Source: Candidatus Obscuribacteraceae bacterium (GTDB taxonomy: Bacteria; Cyanobacteriota; Vampirovibrionia; Obscuribacterales; Obscuribacteraceae). Taken from it: 64,000 bases of DNA. The notes beneath the pieces are model-generated. The model ran no database searches and was not told the DNA's origin. It was given only the letters and a program-made list of their open reading frames with translations. Position numbers and translations under genes: made by a program. The stretch lies in assembly GCA_044229845.1 (NCBI GenBank), contig JBGASG010000001.1, positions 864,001 through 928,000 of the forward strand, read 5' to 3'. This document shows, in pieces, positions 39,471 to 47,404 of this stretch. Each line of letters starts with the position of its first letter. Position 1 is the stretch's first letter.

Positions 39471-40559
39471 CTACTCCGTCGCAGCGGTGGCACTCTTCAG
39501 ACGTTTGACGCAGCTCTGCATGTCTTCTTGATCGTCGTCGGACGAGTAGAGTTTGGAAGCCTTGTCGTATTCGGCGGTGGCACCGGTGATATCACCGCTA
39601 TCTTCGAGCGCATAAGCCAGAATGCGATGTGCCTTCGGCGAATCGGGCGCAAGCTTCACCGAATGCTGTGCATCCTCCAGCGCCTTAGGAACGTTCTTCA
39701 GTCCCAGATAAGCCAGTGCGCGAAACATGTAAGCTACCGGTGAATTCGGCATGCCTTCCGCAGCCTTGGTCAGGTCAGGCAACGCCTTGTCGAATTGATC
39801 GCAAAGCAAATAAGCTCGTGCTCTGTCCAGGTAATAGCGTGGGCTGGGATCTTTTTTAATTGCTTCGCTGAAGTCACTGATCGCCACGGCTGCATCGCCC
39901 AGAGTCAGCCGGCACTGCCCTTTGATTTGCCAGGCATCGGCGAGGTTCGGGTCCAACTTCAAAGCTTTGTCTTCGTCCAACACTGCTGCTATGGCATTGT
40001 TGGACATCGAGTGTCCTTTGCCGCGAATGTAGAACGCCTGTGCATTCTGGTGCAGCTTGATGGCGTGGGTGCAGTCTTCAGTGCCTCCATCGGCATCACC
40101 CATGCTGGTTTTGGTCCAGCCTCGAAATGTCAAGGCATCGGCATTCTCATCGTCGTACTTGAGCGCCTCGCTGAGGTCAGCAAGCGCGTAGTTGGTTTCG
40201 TTTAGTTTCAGTCGAGCAAATCCGCGCCAGGTCAAAGCGGTGACGTTCTTGGGGTCGGCTTTCAACGCTTCGTTCAAATCAACGATGGCAGCTTCCCAGT
40301 TTCCTTTATTGATCTTCTCTCTTGCTCTCTGAATCGCTTCCGATTCAATCGATCTGGTCGCCCGCCATTTGCCCTGCAGTGCAGTCACAGGCAAATTTTG
40401 GTCGGCGCTGGAAAATGCCATTCGCTTCAGCGTGCTTGCCGTTTTGGCATCTTGAGATCCTTGCGCTTGGCAAGTCGCTATGGTGAATAATAGGGCCAAT
40501 GCTGCCGGCACAATTTTCCCGAACGGAGTGAATTTGTTAGATAGCATCGGTCTTTCCAT
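39471..40559 (-). CDS. Secreted TPR protein
   Basis: Repeated RG...A..D...A...DP; signal-like segment; start 40559 or 40547. Confidence 0.85.
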   Translation of the reverse strand: MERPMLSNKFTPFGKIVPAALALLFTIATCQAQGSQDAKTASTLKRMAFSSADQNLPVTALQGKWRATRSIESEAIQRAREKINKGNWEAAIVDLNEALKADPKNVTALTWRGFARLKLNETNYALADLSEALKYDDENADALTFRGWTKTSMGDADGGTEDCTHAIKLHQNAQAFYIRGKGHSMSNNAIAAVLDEDKALKLDPNLADAWQIKGQCRLTLGDAAVAISDFSEAIKKDPSPRYYLDRARAYLLCDQFDKALPDLTKAAEGMPNSPVAYMFRALAYLGLKNVPKALEDAQHSVKLAPDSPKAHRILAYALEDSGDITGATAEYDKASKLYSSDDDQEDMQSCVKRLKSATAATE

Positions 40560-40646
40560 ACTCCGGCAGACGAGAAATTGTTCACAACCTCGCGTCATTT
40601 TCGCATTTCGTCTTAATATGTGCACGATCAACCCAGGCATACAACT

Positions 40647-41579
40647 ATGTCGTTTTCGAAATTGCGCTTCTACCTGTTGCTGGCAGCACTGCTCGTGTCC
40701 ACCCTCGGACCGGTGCGCGCAGCGTCGGAAAAAACTGAGGCAGCCGCGCCGGCAGCCGCTTCTGTCGATCGCCCGGTCACCGATAAGTGGGCATTGCTGA
40801 TTGGAGTTAGCGAGTTTCCCACAGTCGATTTGCTCGGCGCTCACATCGAGAAAGGTGCGTCCACTACTCCTCGCCTGGTCCTCCCGGCTCGCGCCGACTC
40901 GCTCACATTCAGCGTTAAAGATGCCGTCGACGTGCGCAATTTCCTGATTTACAAAGCCGGGTTTGCCCCCAGCCACGTGAAAGTCTTGTTGAACTCCCAA
41001 GCCACTGGCGAAAAAATTCGTTATTACCTGGGTTCGGGCTGGCTGAAGAATGTTGTTCGCCCGGACGACCTGGTGGTTGTGTATTTCTCCAGCCACGGCA
41101 GCACGTCATTCTCGGACAAGAACGGCGAAAATTACATTCTCACCTACGACTTCGACGATCGAAATCCGAAGAGCACGGGATTGAGCATGCAAGAGCTGGG
41201 TCGCATGATCAAACAATCGCTCCCCTCAGATCGAGTCGTCATCATCGTTGATACCTGTTTTTCCGGCAACGTCAAAACCAGAGACGCCGCAGCGACCACC
41301 GACGTCATCGGTGCCGGACAGATTGCTGTCACCGCCTGCTCTGCCAATGAAACATCTGTAGATGACGATTTTAACGAGAGCGGGCTTTTCACTCACTATC
41401 TTTTGGAAAACCTGTCCAAATACGACGGAAAACTCAAGACTGCTTTTGAAGAAACACGCCAGCAGGTGATTATGGCAGCCAGGCTGCGCATGCACGAACA
41501 GCATCCCACGGTGAACTACAGCCGGTGGAGCGGCAGCGATGCCGTGCTTTTTGCAAAACCTTCAGACCCATCGCCCTAA
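40647..41579 (+). CDS. Caspase-family (peptidase C14) protein, signal peptide
   Basis: KWALLIGV, DA, YFSSHG (His), VDTCFSG (Cys), GLFTHYL, QHP. Confidence 0.88.
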   Translation: MSFSKLRFYLLLAALLVSTLGPVRAASEKTEAAAPAAASVDRPVTDKWALLIGVSEFPTVDLLGAHIEKGASTTPRLVLPARADSLTFSVKDAVDVRNFLIYKAGFAPSHVKVLLNSQATGEKIRYYLGSGWLKNVVRPDDLVVVYFSSHGSTSFSDKNGENYILTYDFDDRNPKSTGLSMQELGRMIKQSLPSDRVVIIVDTCFSGNVKTRDAAATTDVIGAGQIAVTACSANETSVDDDFNESGLFTHYLLENLSKYDGKLKTAFEETRQQVIMAARLRMHEQHPTVNYSRWSGSDAVLFAKPSDPSP

Positions 41580-41618
41580 GTCAGTCAACGCCATCCAACA
41601 GGATGAAGGAATCGAGCA

Positions 41619-43736
41619 ATGAAACGACATCTGATCTCTCCAGTGGTGGCACTTTGCGTGATGCTGGTGGCGGTACTCGGACCGATTCGTATGGCTGCCG
41701 CAGCTGACGCTCCCCAGCAGCCGGGCAATCAAAACAAGTTTGCCCTTTTGATTGGCATTGATGACTACATCTCCAAACGCCTGGAAAAGCTGGATGGTTG
41801 TGAAAACGATGCGAAGGACATGCGCAAGCTTCTCACGACACGCTTCGGGTTTCCTGATGACGACAAACATATAAAAGTCTTGCTCTCGCGCCAGGCAACC
41901 AGACAAGCCATCGTTGATGCGTTCAAGGCTCAATTGATTGAGAATGCCAAAGCAAATCCGAATGCCATCTGTGTGTTTCATTACAGCGGGCATGGCTCTC
42001 AGGTGCCCGACATGAACGGCGATGAGGAGGACGGTATGGATGAAACTCTCGTGCCGGTAGATTCTCGCCAGCCCGATCACTACGACCTTACCGACGACGA
42101 TCTGGAAGACCTGATCAACCAGCTCGGTCAATATACGAAAAACATCACCATAATCACTGATTGCTGCCACTCCGGCTCCAATGTTCGAGACGCGACCGTG
42201 AGTGTGAGACTGCGCAAGGCCGAGACTGATGACAGACCGCAACCTCCACAAAAACCAAAGGACGCCAAAAGCGCTCCACCGGCTACTTATGTGTCAATGG
42301 CGGGATGCTTGCCCAACGAGACTGCCGGCGAGTCCGACACCGATACTCCGCAGGGTGACCGTGCCAATGGACTTCTGACAAGAAACTTGATTGATGCGCT
42401 TGAGCAGGCAAACGCCGGTACTACATATCGCGACTTGTGGGGAGCGGTGGCAACGGGAGTGACGGGCAACCGTTCCAATCAGCATCCGCAAATCGAAGGC
42501 GACATCGACCGTTTCATATTCGGCGATGCAACCGATCGAGCCGATCCGTACATTCCAGTTTCGGAAGTCACCGACAAGAGCATCACCATTGCCGCCGGTT
42601 CTCTGCAGGGGATCGATCCAGGCACGCTGGTGGCGTTCTATAAAAAGGAAGCAACTCAGCTGCGCGGCAACAAAGATTTGTTGGGTGTCGCCAGCGCCAA
42701 AGATTGCAATGCACTCAGTGCCACCATCGAAAGACCGGCAGGCGTTGATCAGGAAGCGTTGAAGTCGGCCAAAGCCAAAATCGTCACGCCGCACTTCGGC
42801 GCCGGTCCGCTCAATGTGACAGCATTCAATGCCGTTCCTGGAGAAACGAACTCAGCCAGCTGGCAGCAGTTCACCAAGGGCCTGACTGATTCGGTCGACC
42901 CCAAACTGGTCAAAATTGCCAGCAAAACCGCTGATCCGTTTAAAACGCGCGACGCCGGTGGCTGGGACATGTCTGTCGTAAAGGACACATACAACAACTT
43001 CCAGCAGGAGAAAAGTACCGCCGGCACTCGTGACGCCAAAGGCAACGGTTACTTCATTGCCACTAAGGATGGTGCGCCGCTCTTTGATGTCTGGGTGGAT
43101 GAAAACGATCCACACGCTGCCGACACCATAGCCAGCGCTCTGGAAAAGGGAGCTCGACAGCAGCGCGTGTTGGCTCTCGATAATCAAGTCTCGCCTCTCA
43201 AGGGCGCTCTGAAGATCGAAGTGCTGAAAGTTACCCCACTTGGTAAAGACGAATGGGGCGAGCCGACCTTCAAAGAAGATCCCGTTCCAGGAAATCAACT
43301 TGTGCCCACCGTGCACGTGGGGGACAAGTTGCGACTCAAGTTGACCAACACCACGGACGAAAATATCTACATCGCTATTTTGGCAATTGAGACCAGCGGC
43401 AGCATCGCTGTGCTCTATCCGCCGGACAATGCCAAATATCCGCTGCCTCCTAAAGGTACTTTCCGGTGGCCGGCACAGAAGCGCTTGCTTAGCATCAAGC
43501 CGCCCCTGGGAGTGGAGACCCTCAAATTTATCGTCACAACCAAGCCGGCTGATTTCACCATACTCGGACAGTCTGGCGTCAGCCGTGCTGCTCCGTCCGG
43601 TCCCGGTACGGCGCTGGAAGAACTTTTCCGCCGCAGCGTCGGTGGTCACAACACCCGCGATCTGGGCGTCAGCGAGGAAGACAGCAACTCGCTTGACGAG
43701 TGGACCACGACGACTCTCAGGCTTGTCATTAGATAA
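41619..43736 (+). CDS. Caspase/metacaspase-like C14 protease with C-terminal DUF4384-like domain, signal peptide
   Basis: ALLIGID.Y, L.GC.ND, HYSGHGSQ, DG.DETLVP.D, DCCHSG, QHPQ.EG; C-terminal GD.L.L...N....YI.IL....G.I..LYP. Confidence 0.9.
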   Translation: MKRHLISPVVALCVMLVAVLGPIRMAAAADAPQQPGNQNKFALLIGIDDYISKRLEKLDGCENDAKDMRKLLTTRFGFPDDDKHIKVLLSRQATRQAIVDAFKAQLIENAKANPNAICVFHYSGHGSQVPDMNGDEEDGMDETLVPVDSRQPDHYDLTDDDLEDLINQLGQYTKNITIITDCCHSGSNVRDATVSVRLRKAETDDRPQPPQKPKDAKSAPPATYVSMAGCLPNETAGESDTDTPQGDRANGLLTRNLIDALEQANAGTTYRDLWGAVATGVTGNRSNQHPQIEGDIDRFIFGDATDRADPYIPVSEVTDKSITIAAGSLQGIDPGTLVAFYKKEATQLRGNKDLLGVASAKDCNALSATIERPAGVDQEALKSAKAKIVTPHFGAGPLNVTAFNAVPGETNSASWQQFTKGLTDSVDPKLVKIASKTADPFKTRDAGGWDMSVVKDTYNNFQQEKSTAGTRDAKGNGYFIATKDGAPLFDVWVDENDPHAADTIASALEKGARQQRVLALDNQVSPLKGALKIEVLKVTPLGKDEWGEPTFKEDPVPGNQLVPTVHVGDKLRLKLTNTTDENIYIAILAIETSGSIAVLYPPDNAKYPLPPKGTFRWPAQKRLLSIKPPLGVETLKFIVTTKPADFTILGQSGVSRAAPSGPGTALEELFRRSVGGHNTRDLGVSEEDSNSLDEWTTTTLRLVIR

Positions 43737-43852
43737 AGCCAAGGAATTTTTTGTAGAAACATATGGGCAAATCGTTATCTGCCGACGATAATCTGTTCTG
43801 GCCCGCCATAAGGGAAGTAGCCTTCCCTGAGTTATAGGAATTGGAGGACAGA

Positions 43853-44197
43853 ATGGAAAAATTGAACAAGACCGATTTGACGGTATTGCTCGCAGCGATC
43901 AGCGTCAGCTCTGGTGTTCTGGTCAGCTCAGGTCAACCGGCAGTAGCAGCCAAATCGACCGGAATGGCAATCGCTGAAAAGGGAACCAACCTGGCCGACA
44001 CCGATAAGAAAGACGACACCAAGAAAGAAGAAGCCAAGCCTGCCGGCAAGAAAAAAGGTCCTGGCAAAAACAGAGGCGGCGGTTGCACATATCCGTGCGG
44101 ATGCCACTACGGCAACGCCAAGAAGCATGGCAAGACCGACAAAGCCGGCGAATCCAAACCGGCCGAAGATGCCAAAAAGGAAGCTGAAACCAAGTAG
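43853..44197 (+). CDS. Putative RiPP precursor for the downstream DUF692 enzyme
   Basis: GGAGG RBS; signal peptide ending PAVA; Lys/Asp/Glu-rich low complexity around the only Cys cluster GGGCTYPCGCHYG; first gene of the DUF692 operon. Confidence 0.75.
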   Translation: MEKLNKTDLTVLLAAISVSSGVLVSSGQPAVAAKSTGMAIAEKGTNLADTDKKDDTKKEEAKPAGKKKGPGKNRGGGCTYPCGCHYGNAKKHGKTDKAGESKPAEDAKKEAETK

Positions 44198-44212
44198 TCA
44201 GCCTCAGGTTCA

Positions 44213-45649
44213 ATGAGAAAATTTAGCCCTGCGTCCGTGCTAGCAACGTTGTGTCTGGTTGGTAGTTTATTTGCCAGCCAGCTCAAGTTGCCCGCAATGG
44301 GCGCAGGGTTTGATTCTCTAGTAGGCACCGCACTACCTGTCCAACACAATGGTGAACGAGCGGGAGCCCAGCAAGCGGCCCCAGCAGCGCCAGCGGCACA
44401 ACCAGCAGAAGGGCCGCTGAGCACCGTCGAAATCACTATCGGTCCTTTCGACCTGGCCAAAAAATATCGATCCATGGAAGGTCCGTATGTGCGCGAGCCG
44501 CTGCGCATCGCCGACCTGATTGCGTCGAAACAGATCCAAATTCCTGAAGCCCTTGTACAATTCGTCGAAGGTTGTTCAAAACCGGCACCTTCAATGTCCG
44601 GCAGTGCCAAAGGCGCGAAGTCCGATGTACCGGATGCTGGTGTGATCGGGCTCAACACAGCGCGCACAAAAGGCAGAGAGTTGCTCTGGCTGAAGTCGGT
44701 CAAGCTGGAAGTCCTGGACGAAAACGATCAGGTCTTACCCACGGACGAATTTTTCTGCCACTCGACCATTGATGTCGATCTGGATTTCCGCAGCCATGTG
44801 TTTCCTGAAAGTGAACAGCCAGGGAGCATGCGCCACATAGTTCTTTCGCAGGGGCAGACCGAGTTTTCCTTCCCGCGCGGATATGGACTGCCGGTTGCCA
44901 GCGACGAAACCTGGAGATTCATTTTTCAGGCAATCAATAGAGATAGCGACAAACACCGGCGAGTCAAGCAACGCTGTGTACTTTCATTCGTTCGCGATTC
45001 GGAATTGGTTTATCCGATCAAAGCTCTGTTCTGGTACTACCCGGTGATCAATGTGGTGATCGATCGCAATTCGCCGGAGGCGGCACAAGAAGAACACAAC
45101 ATGTGCCCGGACTGTTCGTTGATGTCTGATGGCGTGCCGGCTCCGAGCAGCATGCGCAGCATGATCTTCAATGATGAGCTGGGGCGCAAACAAATCGGCC
45201 ACTGGGTGGTGCCACCCGGTACTCACACTTACACAAGTCCCGTCAGCACCATCACATCCCCTGCTAATGCCGATTTCTCCGCGGTAAACAGACGTGTTCA
45301 TCTGGTCATGGCTCACGTGCATCCTTATTGTGAAAAATTTGCTCTGGTAGAGTGCAACGGTAAAGCACGCAAGGACGTGATCGTGGTCAAGGCGCGAACG
45401 CAGGAAAAGCCGCTGCAGATTTTGCACATCGACACGCTGAGTTCCAGCGAAGGTATTCCTCTGATAGCGGGCAAGCATTACGAGCTGGAAGCGACTTACG
45501 TCAATCCGACGGCGCAGCCGCAAGACTCGATGGCCGGCATGGCAATTTATTGCGCCGACACAAAATTTGTGCGACCTGACTGGTCGTACGCCGGTGACTC
45601 CAATCCCGCTGATTGTGGACTTCCCGTTAGCAAGCGCAAGGCGAAATAA
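44213..45649 (+). CDS. Secreted protein, PHM/type II copper monooxygenase-like (tentative)
   Basis: Signal peptide; EFFCH, FP.GYG, HWVVPPG, AHVHP (HxH), YELEATY.NP...DSM (Met ligand spacing resembles the CuM site). Confidence 0.55.
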   Translation: MRKFSPASVLATLCLVGSLFASQLKLPAMGAGFDSLVGTALPVQHNGERAGAQQAAPAAPAAQPAEGPLSTVEITIGPFDLAKKYRSMEGPYVREPLRIADLIASKQIQIPEALVQFVEGCSKPAPSMSGSAKGAKSDVPDAGVIGLNTARTKGRELLWLKSVKLEVLDENDQVLPTDEFFCHSTIDVDLDFRSHVFPESEQPGSMRHIVLSQGQTEFSFPRGYGLPVASDETWRFIFQAINRDSDKHRRVKQRCVLSFVRDSELVYPIKALFWYYPVINVVIDRNSPEAAQEEHNMCPDCSLMSDGVPAPSSMRSMIFNDELGRKQIGHWVVPPGTHTYTSPVSTITSPANADFSAVNRRVHLVMAHVHPYCEKFALVECNGKARKDVIVVKARTQEKPLQILHIDTLSSSEGIPLIAGKHYELEATYVNPTAQPQDSMAGMAIYCADTKFVRPDWSYAGDSNPADCGLPVSKRKAK

Positions 45650-46557
45650 TGACGTCTAAGTTTCTCGATGTGAAAAAGCAATTGCCGATACTGGGTGTCG
45701 GCCTGGGGCTGCGCAACGAAGTGGAAGACGAAACCTTCGAGCACGCCGACCAGATCGACTGGCTGGAAATAATCTCCGAGCAATTCATGGGACTGGGCGG
45801 AAAATCGCGAGCCCGCTTGGACAGGGCTTTAAATGTATTCCCTCTAATCGCGCACGGGGTCGGACTGTCTCTCGGGAGCACCGACGAAATAGACCAGGAC
45901 TACATCCGGTCTTTGAAGAAACTCCTGAAGCATATCGATGCTCCTTGGTGGAGCGATCATCTTTGTTTCAGTGCCTTTGGCGGTGTGCAAACCCACGAGT
46001 TGCTGCCGCTGCCGTTCTCACGCGAGGCAGTTGCGCATTGCGTAACACGCGCGAAGAAAGTCCAGGAGATGACGGACATTCCGTTTCTTCTCGAAAACAT
46101 CACGTACTACATGCGCATGCCCGGCAGTGAGCTGGATGAAGCTCAGTTTCTTTCTGAAGTGTTGGAGCAAGCCGATTGCGGGCTTCTGCTCGATATCAAC
46201 AATGTGTATGTCAATTCGCTCAATCACAAATTCGATCCTTTCGAATTTATGGATCAGATTCCGCTTGAGCGCACCGTACAAATTCACATAGCCGGTCACC
46301 ACCATGCTCCCGAATTCGATGCCTATGTGGATACGCATGGTGCCACACCTCCAAGACCGGTTCTGGATCTGCTTAAGTATGTGATGGAACGGGTTCCAGT
46401 CAACGCGATTCTCCTCGAGCGCGATCAGCATTTTCCCGATGAGTTTTCTGAGTTACTGGCAGAGCTGGACGATATTCGAGCTGTAGTCAAAGCAGCACAA
46501 CCAGGCTGGCTCGACAGCAAGTCTCAGGCGAAGACGTCGCACCAGGTGCGCGGATAA
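45649..46557 (+). CDS. DUF692 multinuclear non-heme iron oxidative enzyme (MNIO)
   Basis: GVGLGLR, WLEI..E, HGVGLSLG, WSDHL, LLPLP, LLEN, LLLDINN.YVN..NH, HIAGH, DTHG, LLERD. Confidence 0.95.
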   Translation: MTSKFLDVKKQLPILGVGLGLRNEVEDETFEHADQIDWLEIISEQFMGLGGKSRARLDRALNVFPLIAHGVGLSLGSTDEIDQDYIRSLKKLLKHIDAPWWSDHLCFSAFGGVQTHELLPLPFSREAVAHCVTRAKKVQEMTDIPFLLENITYYMRMPGSELDEAQFLSEVLEQADCGLLLDINNVYVNSLNHKFDPFEFMDQIPLERTVQIHIAGHHHAPEFDAYVDTHGATPPRPVLDLLKYVMERVPVNAILLERDQHFPDEFSELLAELDDIRAVVKAAQPGWLDSKSQAKTSHQVRG

Positions 46558-46561
46558 GACT

Positions 46562-47404
46562 ATGCCTGGTAGCACGCTCTCCGAAGTCGAAAAGGCAATG
46601 ACCAAGTTGTGGACGAATCGCGACGCATTGGAGCGATTTCTGGCAGGCGACTTCTCAGACATTGGTCCCGAGATCGCCGCTCAAATCGATAAAGAGCGGC
46701 TGATGATCTACGTTCAAGTTTTGCAAGTCAAACACTACGAAACGATGAGCATGACTTTTCCTCTGACGGAAAAACTGTTAGGAGAAGACTGGGACGAGAT
46801 CGTTGAAGACTATCGCAACATCTGCCCGCCGACCAGCTACAGGTCCAGTCGCGCCGGCGAACACTTCAAGACATTCATCGAAAAACATTTGAACGAGCAG
46901 GTGAAGGAAAAGTTTCCTTACTTGACGGACCTTGTCGATTACGAGTTTTCCGAAAGCGACATGATTGATTTCGATGATACGGAATTCGATTATCAATCCG
47001 ATACGTGCCTGCTGCAATCGGCTGAGGAATTCGCGGGATTCAAACCTCTGGTCAACCCGGCTCTGCTTATTCGGCGGTATCACTTCGATCTCATCGCCAT
47101 CGCCGAAAAGCTGGAAGAAGAGTCGGATGAGTTGCCGGCAGACGTGAAGGCGGAGCCGAGTATTGTCCTTGTTTATCGAGATCCTGAGGACAAAGAGATT
47201 CGATTCTTGTCCGTGGGACATGTGGCGGCGGCGATCATTGAGAAAGCTCAGGAAGGAAACAGCTCCTACGGCGATCTCGCAGGACTTGCGGTCGCGCTCA
47301 ATCCGGATCAAGATCCGCAAACGACATTGGCCGATTTTATGGGACTAGTAGAGTCCCTGCAGGGCAAGCACGTTTTTATTGGACATCGCAGAATTTCCGG
47401 CTAA
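46562..47404 (+). CDS. DUF2063-type MNIO partner protein
   Basis: RL.IY, FP....LLG..W, PP.S, F..F, PYL.DL..YE, L.YR; directly downstream of DUF692. Confidence 0.85.
   Translation: MPGSTLSEVEKAMTKLWTNRDALERFLAGDFSDIGPEIAAQIDKERLMIYVQVLQVKHYETMSMTFPLTEKLLGEDWDEIVEDYRNICPPTSYRSSRAGEHFKTFIEKHLNEQVKEKFPYLTDLVDYEFSESDMIDFDDTEFDYQSDTCLLQSAEEFAGFKPLVNPALLIRRYHFDLIAIAEKLEEESDELPADVKAEPSIVLVYRDPEDKEIRFLSVGHVAAAIIEKAQEGNSSYGDLAGLAVALNPDQDPQTTLADFMGLVESLQGKHVFIGHRRISG

Noticed and set aside
39471..41096. 541-aa version of the TPR ORF overlapping the caspase gene
   Set aside because: The extension is antisense to the C14 gene; the real start is near 40559/40547, before the signal peptide
43760..43830. 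Possible c-di-GMP riboswitch or ECF promoter upstream of the precursor (GGGCAAA..., hairpins)
   Set aside because: Lacks the GNRA/receptor and GCAAAG elements; promoter spacing unconvincing
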